A stretch of 64,000 bases of DNA from a bacterium (GCA_031413515.1 JANOFF010000112.1:3753-67752), one strand, 5' to 3'; numbered from the stretch's first letter, positions 26,822 to 35,900 are shown. Notes: generated by a model not told the origin, from the sequence alone. Numbers and translations are program-made.

Positions 26822-29728
26822 ATGCGGTCGAGCGTTGGGGCTGGGCGGAACCGGCGATCCTCCAGGCGAGCGCCGATCGATCGATGGATCTTGATGTGGG
26901 TCCCGTTGATCCCCTTGATCCTCGTGACACCGACCGGAGTCGCGCGATCGGAGCCTCCCGAAGCGACCCCTGCACCCGCCGAGCAACCGGTCGAGCGCGA
27001 GGCCGACCTCTCGCAAGCCGACGCCGAGGCCGGCGACGGACCGGACACCATCCAGGAACTCGAGCAGGCTGAGGACGCCGTCGAGGTCGAGGAACCGTCC
27101 GGCGAAGACCCGGACGACGACACCGAGACCATGATGGTCACCGGGCGTCGCCGCGAGGAACTGCTCCAGGAGGTGCCGGTCTCGATCCGCGCCTTCGACG
27201 CCGCCGAACTGAACGCCCGCAACATCACGCGCGTCGACGAGGTCGCCTTCGGCACCGCGAACCTCACCTTCGACGCGACCAACGGCAGCAATCGCGACGC
27301 GCGCATCTACATCCGAGGCATCGGTCAGGACGATCCCCGTACGATCGTCGACCCTGCCGTCGGGATCTACATCGACAATGTCTACATCCCGCGCGCCACC
27401 AATGCGCTGTTCGACGTGGTGGACTTCGAGCGGATCGAAATCCTGCGCGGTCCACAGGGTACGCTGTACGGCAAGAACACCGTCGGCGGTGTGATCAACA
27501 TCGTGACGACGAAGCCCGGCACCGAGGTCGGCGGCTACGTGGATCTGAACGTAGGCAGCTACAACCTGCTCGAGGGCCGGGCCGCCATCGACTTGCCCGT
27601 CACCGCGGGCTGGTTCGACGAGAAGCTCTACACGCGCTGGGTCTTCACGGCGGCGACCGAGGACGGCTACACGACCAACATCCAGGACGGCGGCAATGCG
27701 GGCAACAACAACCTGCTGGCGGGCCGGGGCGCGTTCCGGCTGTTTCCGTTCGACGGATTCGTGGCCGATCTCGTGGTCGACTATCAGGGGCAGGGCGAGC
27801 GCAGCCTGATCGGCAAGTGCATCCCGGGCAACCCATACAACATCGCGCGCTACGTGACGGACAACTTCGTGCGGGGACCGGGCGGCCAGACGTACGTCGA
27901 TGCCTGCAACGCCGGCGTCGCCCTCGGTCCCTTCGTGGGATACGCGAAGCCGTTGCAGAAGACCTCGACCGACACGGTCGGCACCAGCCTGCAGATGGAG
28001 TATCAGCTGCCGGAGGAGTCCACCTGGGTCGCCGATTTCATCGACATCAAGTCGATCACCGGGTTCCGCCAGCGCTGGGACGAATTCAGCGGCGGCGATC
28101 TCGATGCCACACCGCTCGACTATCTGAACACCGCGGGCGGATCCGTCGAGCACTGGGCGGTGAGTCAGGACCTCAACGCCAACGTGGGGTTCTGGGACGA
28201 GCGCATCGACCTGATCGTCGGCGGCTACTACTTCCAGGAGCAGGGCGACGAGTCCGGATCGGCTTCGATCCTGCGCGACATGGCGATCGGCAACAATCCC
28301 GCCTTCAACGCGGAGACGTATCCGACCACGGAAACCGTGCTGAACCAGGTTTTTGGGCCGCTGCCCGTCCTGCCTCCCCCCTTCGACATCACCTGGTACG
28401 ACCTTGGGCTCGCCAACGAGCAGGGCAATCCGGCCGACTCGACCGGCGACACGTTCTGGCGAAACGCCGTGCGCTGGGGGATCGGCGAGCTGAACGCCGT
28501 CCGCAACGAGCAATGGAGCAACAAGGCCTGGGCCGTCTACTCGCACATCGACATCGAGGTCGTTCCCGACGTCACGCTGCAGGGCGGCATCCGCTACACG
28601 GATGAGACGAAGGTGCGTAGTGGCAACGATCAGCGGATCTTCTTCTCGCAGATCAACGCGACGGCGCCTCCGTTCACGATCATCCCGCCGGCGAACCCGC
28701 CGGGCACCGGCACACAGCGCGTCGTGCTCGATCAGTCGGTCGACTTCAGCCAGTGGACCCCGGAAGCCGGCATCAAGTGGCAGATCACCGACAACCACAT
28801 GACGTACTTCCGGTTCGCGAACGGCTGGAAGAGCGGAGGCCTGCGGGTGACGGCGCTGACCGCCGAGGAAGCCGCCCGCCGGCAGGACGCGTTCCTGACG
28901 CCGTACAACCCCGAAGAGGTCTACAGCTACGAGATCGGCGTCAAGACGCAGTGGCTCGACAATCAGGTCTTCCTGAACGGCACACTGTTCTGGAACGACT
29001 ACGACGATCTCCAGGTCACATCGCTCGAACCCGACGAGCGCGGCATCGTGAGCGCGTTGATCAACAACGCCGAGTCCGCGGTCACCCGGGGTTTCGAAGT
29101 CGAGGGCAGCTATCTGCCGGACTGGGCGGAGAAGATCCCCGTGCCGGGTTCGATGATCGCCGTGACGGCGGGCCTCGGCTTGACGGACGCGTTCTACACG
29201 CAGTTCACGGGGACCACGCAGCCGCTCGTGTATCCGCCCGTCACGAGTTGTCCGAATCTCGTGCGTGGTTTCAGCACGCAGTGCAACGGTGACATCGACC
29301 AGTTCGTGCTGCGGACGATGATCACCGCGACCGGGCTGGCACCGGCGCCGGCGCCCGTAACGGTCGATCTCAGCAACAACCAGTTCAAGAACACCCCGCG
29401 CTTCAACATGAACGCCTCGCTCACGTATGCGTTCGAGCCGACGCTGCAGACCGAGCTGGCGTTGCGGATGGACTGGTCGTATCGAAGCACGGTCTACTAC
29501 ACGACGCTCAACCGCGCGGATCTCGCATCCGGGCCGCTCAATCAGCTGAATCTCTCGGGCGCGTTCCAGATCGTGCCGACCGACACGCAGATCGTGCTCT
29601 GGGTGAAGAACGTGACCGATGCGGTGACGGTTTCGGGTGCGCTGAATCTCGGGGCCGCGCTCGGCGCGGACGCGATCTTCTACTCGCAGCCCCGCACGTT
29701 CGGCATGCGGATCATCCAGCGTTTCTGA
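26822..29728 (+). CDS. TonB-dependent outer-membrane receptor
   Basis: Plug region (..VTGRRREELLQEVPVSIRAF..., ..IRGIGQDD...VGIYIDNVY.., ..IEILRGPQGTLYGKNTVGGVINIVT..) and a beta-barrel ending ..FGMRIIQRF. An acidic ~70-aa N-terminal extension follows the signal peptide. The first ATG is 26822; the GTG at 26795 is also possible. Confidence 0.9.
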   Translation: MRSSVGAGRNRRSSRRAPIDRWILMWVPLIPLILVTPTGVARSEPPEATPAPAEQPVEREADLSQADAEAGDGPDTIQELEQAEDAVEVEEPSGEDPDDDTETMMVTGRRREELLQEVPVSIRAFDAAELNARNITRVDEVAFGTANLTFDATNGSNRDARIYIRGIGQDDPRTIVDPAVGIYIDNVYIPRATNALFDVVDFERIEILRGPQGTLYGKNTVGGVINIVTTKPGTEVGGYVDLNVGSYNLLEGRAAIDLPVTAGWFDEKLYTRWVFTAATEDGYTTNIQDGGNAGNNNLLAGRGAFRLFPFDGFVADLVVDYQGQGERSLIGKCIPGNPYNIARYVTDNFVRGPGGQTYVDACNAGVALGPFVGYAKPLQKTSTDTVGTSLQMEYQLPEESTWVADFIDIKSITGFRQRWDEFSGGDLDATPLDYLNTAGGSVEHWAVSQDLNANVGFWDERIDLIVGGYYFQEQGDESGSASILRDMAIGNNPAFNAETYPTTETVLNQVFGPLPVLPPPFDITWYDLGLANEQGNPADSTGDTFWRNAVRWGIGELNAVRNEQWSNKAWAVYSHIDIEVVPDVTLQGGIRYTDETKVRSGNDQRIFFSQINATAPPFTIIPPANPPGTGTQRVVLDQSVDFSQWTPEAGIKWQITDNHMTYFRFANGWKSGGLRVTALTAEEAARRQDAFLTPYNPEEVYSYEIGVKTQWLDNQVFLNGTLFWNDYDDLQVTSLEPDERGIVSALINNAESAVTRGFEVEGSYLPDWAEKIPVPGSMIAVTAGLGLTDAFYTQFTGTTQPLVYPPVTSCPNLVRGFSTQCNGDIDQFVLRTMITATGLAPAPAPVTVDLSNNQFKNTPRFNMNASLTYAFEPTLQTELALRMDWSYRSTVYYTTLNRADLASGPLNQLNLSGAFQIVPTDTQIVLWVKNVTDAVTVSGALNLGAALGADAIFYSQPRTFGMRIIQRF

Positions 29729-29919
29729 GCGACCGGGCGGATCGCGGGTTCGCGGCCGGCGCGTGCGGCTGACCCGACGCGTGATTGCCCGCATCTCCGC
29801 CTCCGGCTAGGCTGGCGCCCCGCTTCGCTCCGCCGCGCCCGCGTGATCCGTCCGGAGCGCTTCCGCCGTCCTGCCCGACGAGGTCCGAAGTGACGACCCT
29901 GCCCGCGGACTTCGAGCCG

Positions 29920-31305
29920 CTCGAGCCGATGGCCGTGCCGTTGTCGGGACCCGTCGGGCCGGCGCCGACACCCGGTCATGGTCCCGATCAGAAGATGCCG
30001 GGCATCCTGCGGTTGGCCTGGCCGGCGGTGCTCGCCAACCTCGGGTTCTCGACGGTGGGCCTCGTCGACATCAAGATCGTGGGGTCGCTGGGCTCGTCGG
30101 CGGTCGCTGCGGTCACCACGGGCAATCGCATCTTCTTCGTCCTGCAGGCGGTGCTGATCGCGGTGACGGCGGGTACGACTGCTCTGGTGGCGCGTGCCTG
30201 GGGGGCCGGGGATCGCGACGAAGCCGAACGCGTCACGCAAGCGTCGATGTGGGTCTGCGGAGGTGTCGCGCTGGTGATGACGATCCCGGCCGTGCTGTAC
30301 GCCGACGCGATCGCGCAGGTCTTCGATCTCGACGCGGCGACGCTTGCCGACGCCGGCCGATTCATCCGCATCCTCAGCCTTTTCAACGTGACCTTCGCCG
30401 TCTCGATGGTGATCGGCTCGGCGATCCGCGCCGCCGGCGACACCATGACGCCGCTCTGGATCGGGCTGCTCACGAACGTCGTCAACATCTTCCTCGTCTA
30501 TGGAATGGTGCACGGGCACTTCGGGTTCCCCGCCATGGGGGTGGGCGGAGCGGCGCTGGCCAGCGGCCTGGCCTTCGCGTTCGGGGGCGTGGTGTCGGTG
30601 GCGCTGTGGCTCGGCGGGGGTCTGCGCATCCGCTATTCGCATCGCACGCAGGTGCTGACTTCGCGACGTGTGCGGCAGCTGCTGCGCATCGGCTACCCGG
30701 CCGGACTCGAACAGGCGGCCATGCAGCTCGGGTTCATCATCTTTCTGTGGGCGGTCTCGCTCTACGGCACCGCCCCGTACGCCGCGTATGGGATCGGGGT
30801 GCAGATCCTGTCCTTCTCGTTCGTCGTGGGTTTCGGGTTCACGATCGCCGCATCGACCCACGTCGGGCAGTTGCTCGGTGCGCGCGATCCGGCGGCGGCG
30901 ACCGCGAGCGGCTGGCGGGCGGTCCGGCTGGCGGTCGGCGCGATGGTGGTGCTCGGCGGTGCGATCGTGCTGGCCGCCGAGCCGATCGCGCGTTTCATGA
31001 TCGACGATCCCGAGGTGATCCGGCTGACGGTGATCTTCATCTACATCCTCGGAGCCATGCAGCCGCTGATGGCGATCGACTTCACACTGGGTGGAGCGCT
31101 CCGCGGGGCCGGGGATACGCGCTTTCCGTTGTTCACGACGCTGACCGGCCTGGTGTTCGTGCGCGGCACGACCGCCGCGTTCTTCGCCTGGCTCGGCTGG
31201 CCCGTGGAGTGGGTGTTCGGCGCGTTGATCTTCGACTACGTGGTCAAGTCGAGCCTGCTCGTCTGGCGGTTCCGCTCGGACTCGTGGAAGACGATCGAGC
31301 TCTGA
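29920..31305 (+). CDS. MATE family efflux transporter
   Basis: ..ILRLAWPAVLANLGFSTVGLVDIKIVGSLG.. with 12 hydrophobic helices. Start chosen at ATG 29920; ATG 29995 is an alternative. Confidence 0.85.
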   Translation, partial: LEPMAVPLSGPVGPAPTPGHGPDQKMPGILRLAWPAVLANLGFSTVGLVDIKIVGSLGSSAVAAVTTGNRIFFVLQAVLIAVTAGTTALVARAWGAGDRDEAERVTQASMWVCGGVALVMTIPAVLYADAIAQVFDLDAATLADAGRFIRILSLFNVTFAVSMVIGSAIRAAGDTMTPLWIGLLTNVVNIFLVYGMVHGHFGFPAMGVGGAALASGLAFAFGGVVSVALWLGGGLRIRYSHRTQVLTSRRVRQLLRIGYPAGLEQAAMQLGFIIFLWAVSLYGTAPYAAYGIGVQILSFSFVVGFGFTIAASTHVGQLLGARDPAAATASGWRAVRLAVGAMVVLGGAIVLAAEPIARFMIDDPEVIRLTVIFIYILGAMQPLMAIDFTLGGALRGAGDTRFPLFTTLTGLVFVRGTTAAFFAWLGWPVEWVFGALIFDYVVKSSLLVWRFRSDSWKTIEL

Positions 31306-31307
31306 GC

Positions 31308-31355
31308 GCGCCGCGAGCGGCGTCGCGGCGCAATCCTCAAGGCCGCGCCTTGAGG
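31308..31355. terminator. Two adjacent GC-rich hairpins at a convergent gene junction
   Basis: GCGCCGCGA-gcggcg-TCGCGGCGC (31308-31331) and CCTCAAGGC-cgc-GCCTTGAGG (31335-31355). The second overlaps the last codons of the minus-strand gene. Confidence 0.45.
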
Positions 31356-32683
31356 CCACAGGTCTTCATGCGTGCGTAGGTGTGGTCGCGCACCGCGGCC
31401 GTGACGCCGAGTGTGTTCGCGGGGGCTTCGGAACCGTCGAAGCCGTACAGGTTCGTCATCGTGACGACGAGCCCACCGGTCTCGTACGACTGCTCGATCT
31501 TCTGCCAGGACTCGCACGGGATCGCGTCGATCTCCTCCGGCGTGTCGAGACTTCCCGATCCGTTGCGATCGAAGCGACTGATCAGGTCCTGCTTGACGGC
31601 GTCGTGCCAGCTCTTCGAGCCGCCCTTGCCGGTGCGCGGCGGGATCGGTCGACCGGTGCCGTTCGGCGTGATCATTCCCGCGGCTACCTCCTGCGGTCGA
31701 CCGGCTGCTGCCGGAGCCGGTGGCGGGGTCGGCAGCGTGGCGGGTGCTGCTCCACCGCCCGGCGCGGCCTGCGCGGTTCGAGCGGGGGCAGGGGACGCGG
31801 AAGGGGCCGCCGAAGGGGGAGGAGCAGGCGGCGCGGGCTCGGCAGCCGCCGGTCGAGAACCGAGCGCAGCCAGTTCGGCGTTCAGCTTGATTTCGCTGCC
31901 GGTAGCGATCTCGACGTCACCGCTCCACGGCGTGTGCCCTTCCTTGTCGATCGTCACGCTGTGCCGACCCACCCGCAGTGTGTGGATCGTGGCACCCGTG
32001 CTGCCCGCATCGACGCCGTCGATCCGCACGCGATCGCCCGAGACGTTGGATCGGACGATCATTCGGCCCTCGCCGACGCAGATCTTCGGCGCGTAGCTGC
32101 GCTGCTCGTCCGGCTCGAGATCGATCGTCAGCTGCCACGTGTCGGGGCAATCCGCATGCTGGACCGACAGCGCGTACCGACCGGCTGCCAGGCGCTGCGG
32201 GGTTCCGTCCGCCGGGACGCTCAGCACGACCCTCGCGTCGTCTCCAGTCGTCACGACGAGATCCGCCTCGGCGGGATCCGCGGTCACGATCAAATCTGCG
32301 TTTCCGTCACCGGGTGGCTGCGCGGTCGACGGTGATTCGGCCACGCGATCCAGCAGCACGAGGGTGCCGAGCAGGGCCGTGAGCGGGATGGCGAACGCCG
32401 CCCAGGCGATCAGCCAGCGCGGTGTGCGGCGGGTCGCGGCGTCGCTCCTGCCGATTTCGGCGGCCGTCGCGCCCGGGATCGCGAGCAGCGCTCGATGCAG
32501 TTGCTCGAGTTCGTCCTGGCGCGCCCGCACGAATCCAGGATCGCGGCTCGCACGGATGCGCTCTTCGATGTGACCCCGCAGACGCCAGTAGGCGCCTTCC
32601 ACCGCATCGCGCGAGGCTGTCTCGGACAGGCCGAGCAGGATGTGAGCCGTTTCCGGCCCCCGGCCCGGATCCGAATCCGCCAT
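31337..32683 (-). CDS. Single-pass membrane protein: degenerate J-like N-terminus (no HPD) + TM + PEGA domain + Pro/Ala linker + EF-hand-containing C-terminal domain
   Basis: ..ILLGLSETASRDAVEGAYWRLRGHIEE.. (J-helix-like), TM WLIAWAAFAIPLTALLGTLVLL, PEGA ..IVRSNVSGDRVRIDGVDAGSTG..HTLRVGRHSVTIDKEGHTPW.., and the canonical 12-residue EF loop DRNGSGSLDTPE. Confidence 0.7.
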   Translation of the reverse strand: MADSDPGRGPETAHILLGLSETASRDAVEGAYWRLRGHIEERIRASRDPGFVRARQDELEQLHRALLAIPGATAAEIGRSDAATRRTPRWLIAWAAFAIPLTALLGTLVLLDRVAESPSTAQPPGDGNADLIVTADPAEADLVVTTGDDARVVLSVPADGTPQRLAAGRYALSVQHADCPDTWQLTIDLEPDEQRSYAPKICVGEGRMIVRSNVSGDRVRIDGVDAGSTGATIHTLRVGRHSVTIDKEGHTPWSGDVEIATGSEIKLNAELAALGSRPAAAEPAPPAPPPSAAPSASPAPARTAQAAPGGGAAPATLPTPPPAPAAAGRPQEVAAGMITPNGTGRPIPPRTGKGGSKSWHDAVKQDLISRFDRNGSGSLDTPEEIDAIPCESWQKIEQSYETGGLVVTMTNLYGFDGSEAPANTLGVTAAVRDHTYARMKTCGLKARP

Positions 32684-32724
32684 TCGGGGAACCTAGCGCG
32701 GAGGGAGGAGCGCGGGGGACGAGG

Positions 32725-32795
32725 CAAGGTCGATCGGGGAGGGGTCGGTTCAGTCGAAGCCCACTCCTTCACCGACCCATCCCCGATCGACCTTG
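32725..32795. promoter_or_regulatory. 25-bp stem (1 mismatch) / 21-nt loop inverted repeat in the divergent intergenic region
   Basis: CAAGGTCGATCGGGGAGGGGTCGGT (32725-32749) is the reverse complement of 32771-32795 except for one G/A mismatch at 32741/32779. Verified base by base. Confidence 0.6.
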
Positions 32796-32934
32796 GATCC
32801 ACGTGGCGGCGCGCTCCTGAAGGGATTGGAGTTGTGCGGACTGGGTAGCGTTGCGTTGTGCTGGGAGACTCGAGGCGAAACGAACATGCTGCGGTGACGG
32901 GGAGCGTCTAAGCTTCGGCGCTCGATTCCGGGCG

Positions 32935-34047
32935 ATGGGTCGGCGAGTCGGCTCCGGGTATCGGAATCGAAGAGGAGATGCGACCGACGTGGCGGAGTCC
33001 AGCCCTTGCCCGCACTGTGGTGCGGTGTTCAGCGATCCGCAGGCGCGACCGGGCGATGCGGTGGATTGCGCGTCGTGCGATCGCTCGTTCGTGCTTCCGA
33101 GGACGCCGGGCGCCGAGGTGTCGAAGCCGGTCGTCCATGAGCTTCCCCGCCCGACGAATCGCGACCAGGAGCGCTCCGATCGTGCCGAGGCGCCGCTCGG
33201 CCGCACCGGATTGATCGCCGCGGCGCTGACCGTGGTCTTCTATCTGTTCGTCGTCACGCCGCTCCTCGACACGTATTTCGGAGAAGTCTTCGGCAAGCGG
33301 GGCTGGGTGCAGTACGTGATCAGCTTCTTCTCGATCTGGTCGGGCGTGCTGCTCACGTGGAAGTATCGGAGGCTGCGATCGCAGTCCCGGGTCTTCGAAC
33401 TCGATCTGCTGCCCGCGGCGATCGCCGAGCGGCTGACGCCGAGCACGACGCCCGCGTTCCTGAGCTTTCTGCGGGGACTGCCGCCGGATCTCGTCGGCGG
33501 ATTCCTGGTGCGGCGCGTGTGTCGCACGCTCGAACAGTTTCGTGGCCGGCCGAACGTCCCCGAGGCAGTCGACTTCCTGCGGGCGCAGGCCGATCGCGAC
33601 GAGGCGGTAGTGGAATCGAGTTTCACGATGCTGCGCATCTTGATCTGGGCGATTCCGATCCTGGGCTTCGTCGGCACCGTGGTCGGCATCGGGGCTTCGG
33701 TGGGCAGCTTCTCCGACTCCGTCGCGGCCGCGGGGGATATCGCGGTGATGAAGGATTCGCTTGCCGGGGTGACGAGCGGGCTCGGCGTCGCGTTCGACAC
33801 GACCCTGCTTGCGCTGGTGATGAGCCTGTTCATCATGTTTCCTGCCAGCTCGCTGCAGAAGGCCGAGGAGGACTTTCTGGGCCGGGTCGACGAGTACTGT
33901 CAGCGGCATCTCGTCTCGCGGCTCGACGACGGACTCGCGACCGACCGCCGGGACGGCAGCGAACCCGCATGGGTGGCGGCGGTGGCGGATCGCCTCGCCG
34001 AGCGACTGCTCGCGGCGCTCGAGCGCCGCGATTCGCGAGGCGGCTGA
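32935..34047 (+). CDS. Zinc-ribbon-fused MotA/TolQ/ExbB-family proton-channel protein
   Basis: N-terminal CPHC-x18-CASC zinc ribbon and about 4 TM helices. The conserved channel core reads ..MLRILIWAIPILGFVGTVVGI.. and ..GLGVAFDTTLLALVMSLFIMFPA... The start could also be ATG 32851. Confidence 0.8.
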   Translation: MGRRVGSGYRNRRGDATDVAESSPCPHCGAVFSDPQARPGDAVDCASCDRSFVLPRTPGAEVSKPVVHELPRPTNRDQERSDRAEAPLGRTGLIAAALTVVFYLFVVTPLLDTYFGEVFGKRGWVQYVISFFSIWSGVLLTWKYRRLRSQSRVFELDLLPAAIAERLTPSTTPAFLSFLRGLPPDLVGGFLVRRVCRTLEQFRGRPNVPEAVDFLRAQADRDEAVVESSFTMLRILIWAIPILGFVGTVVGIGASVGSFSDSVAAAGDIAVMKDSLAGVTSGLGVAFDTTLLALVMSLFIMFPASSLQKAEEDFLGRVDEYCQRHLVSRLDDGLATDRRDGSEPAWVAAVADRLAERLLAALERRDSRGG

Positions 34048-34050
34048 GCG

Positions 34051-34848
34051 ATGGCTCGCCGTCGCGCGCGCCGCGACGACCACGCGGTTTCACTCTTTCC
34101 GTTCCTCAGTGTCCTCGCTTGCGTGGTCGGCACGCTGACGCTGCTGCTGGCCGCGATGACGTTGCAGCAACTCGGCGGGCAGTCGCTCGCGCACGTCCTG
34201 CTCGGCGAGCAGCACGACGCGCTGCTGGCCGAGGTCGCGAGTGGCGAGGCCCGGCTCGAGGTTCTCGAGGCGCAGCTGCGCGAGAGTGACGAACGCGCGA
34301 AGTCGGAGGATGAACTCGGACGACGACTCTCGGCCCTCGGGCTCTCGCTCGACATCTCGCTGGAAGAACTGGCGGGGCTCACCGATCGGCGGCGCGAATC
34401 GCTGAAGCTCGATGGACTTCTGCGGCAGCTCGAGGCCGAACGCAACAGTCTGGTCACGCGGATCGCCGCGCGTGAGACCGAATTGGAGCGCAAAGCGAAG
34501 GCCCGCGTTCACGTTCCGATCATCATCGATCCGACCGGACTCGGTCGCGAGTGGCGCCCGTACCTGTTCGAATGTCGGAGCGACTACATCGAACTGCATC
34601 GCAGCGACGGAGAGCTTTCCTACCGCATTCCGAGTGCCGAGATCCCGCGCAGCGAAGACTTCCGACGCGCGCTGCGACGGGTTCGCAACATCCACGATGC
34701 GATCGTGATCTTCCTGATCCGGCCCGATGGCGTGGCGACCTGCAACCTCGCGTGGGCAATCGCGGAGGCGGCTCGCGTACGCCACGCAAACCTGCCCTTG
34801 CCCGGGGAAGGCAAACTCGACCTCAGCCGTCTGCAACGGGGCTCGTGA
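34051..34848 (+). CDS. Elongated ExbD/TolR-like protein lacking the conserved TM aspartate; coiled coil + unknown C-terminal domain
   Basis: MARRRARRDDHAVSLFPFLSVLACVVGTLTLLL aligns with ExbD ..TPFIDVMLVLL.., with Ser in place of Asp. A Glu/Arg/Leu-rich helical segment of ~120 aa follows. The gene starts 3 nt after the MotA-like stop. Confidence 0.55.
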   Translation: MARRRARRDDHAVSLFPFLSVLACVVGTLTLLLAAMTLQQLGGQSLAHVLLGEQHDALLAEVASGEARLEVLEAQLRESDERAKSEDELGRRLSALGLSLDISLEELAGLTDRRRESLKLDGLLRQLEAERNSLVTRIAARETELERKAKARVHVPIIIDPTGLGREWRPYLFECRSDYIELHRSDGELSYRIPSAEIPRSEDFRRALRRVRNIHDAIVIFLIRPDGVATCNLAWAIAEAARVRHANLPLPGEGKLDLSRLQRGS

Positions 34849-34857
34849 GCGCGCGCC

Positions 34858-35874
34858 ATGGCGATCCGATTGCAGGACCAGAACCTCGATTCACTCCTCG
34901 ACACGATGGCCAACGTGATCGGAATCCTGATCCTGCTGTTGGCGGTCACCCAGCTCTCGGTGGGGGACGCCGTCGAGCGAATCAGCCAGAGCGCCGGTCG
35001 CGAGATCGAGGTCTCGCCCGCCGAAGTGGCGCTGCTGCGGACCCGCTCGCAGACCCTCCAGGACTCGATCGTCGCCGCCGAGGGGGAACTCGCCGCGTAC
35101 GCCCCGACCGAGCAGCGGACCGGTCTGCTGCTCGAAGCACTGCGCCCCCACGTCGAGCAGCTCGAAGCGCTCGAGGGGCGCTACCCGCTGAGCGGCGACG
35201 GGGCTCCGAAGCTCGCCGGAATGCTCGAGCGTCAGCGTGAGAGCGCGGCGCGGTTGTCGGCCGAGATCGCGGACGCCGAGGCCCGGGCGAGTGGCCTCGA
35301 TGCGCTGCTGGCCGACGTCGCTTCCGAAACACGGCCGAAGATCGCGCGGCTCCCGAACCCACGGCCGCCCCCGGCGTCGGCCGAGCAGGTGGTGGTATTC
35401 GTCCGCTACGGGCGGGTGATGTTCGTCGACCTGCCGGGAATGAATGCGAATCTCGAGGCCGGGGTGCGAGACGCACTTGGGGACAACCGCGTTCCGGGCC
35501 CGGACGATCGCGCCTGGCTGGTCAATCTCTTCTCCAAGGTCCGCCTGGGCAGTGGCAACTTCTTCTGGTCGATCCGCGAGGACGACGACCGCTCGCTGTT
35601 TGCCGACATCAAGTGGGTCGATCACTCGCAGGGCGAGCAGCTGAGCGACCTGTTGCGGGGCGATTCTGAATTCGTGCGCAACCTCTCGTCGCTCAGTCAG
35701 GCGGGTCGCTACCTGCGCTTCTACGTCTGGAGCGACAGCTTCGAGGTCTATCTCGAGGCCCGCTACCTCGCCGAGCAGCTGGGCTGGCAGATCGGATGGC
35801 TGCCGATCGATACGACCGAAGAGGTCGGGCAGAGCCTGGTCGGTGGGAACCGGCGTCAGGTCGTGCTCGACTGA
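34858..35874 (+). CDS. Elongated ExbD/TolR-like protein retaining the TM aspartate; coiled coil + unknown C-terminal domain
   Basis: ..NLDSLLDTMANVIGILILLLAV.. aligns with TolR ..VPLLDVLLVLLLIF.. and keeps the Asp. It has a long helical region, then a globular domain (..VVVFVRYGRVMFVDL.., ..RYLRFYVWSDSFEVYLEARY..). The gene starts 9 nt after the previous stop. Confidence 0.55.
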   Translation: MAIRLQDQNLDSLLDTMANVIGILILLLAVTQLSVGDAVERISQSAGREIEVSPAEVALLRTRSQTLQDSIVAAEGELAAYAPTEQRTGLLLEALRPHVEQLEALEGRYPLSGDGAPKLAGMLERQRESAARLSAEIADAEARASGLDALLADVASETRPKIARLPNPRPPPASAEQVVVFVRYGRVMFVDLPGMNANLEAGVRDALGDNRVPGPDDRAWLVNLFSKVRLGSGNFFWSIREDDDRSLFADIKWVDHSQGEQLSDLLRGDSEFVRNLSSLSQAGRYLRFYVWSDSFEVYLEARYLAEQLGWQIGWLPIDTTEEVGQSLVGGNRRQVVLD

Positions 35875-35900
35875 AACGCCGTCTCGGACCCACAAGGGTC

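Noticed and set aside
26723-29794. 1023-aa minus-strand ORF.
   Set aside because: It is antisense to the TonB-dependent receptor, which has plug motifs and a terminal Phe. The product is Arg/Asp/Val/Gly-rich and featureless.
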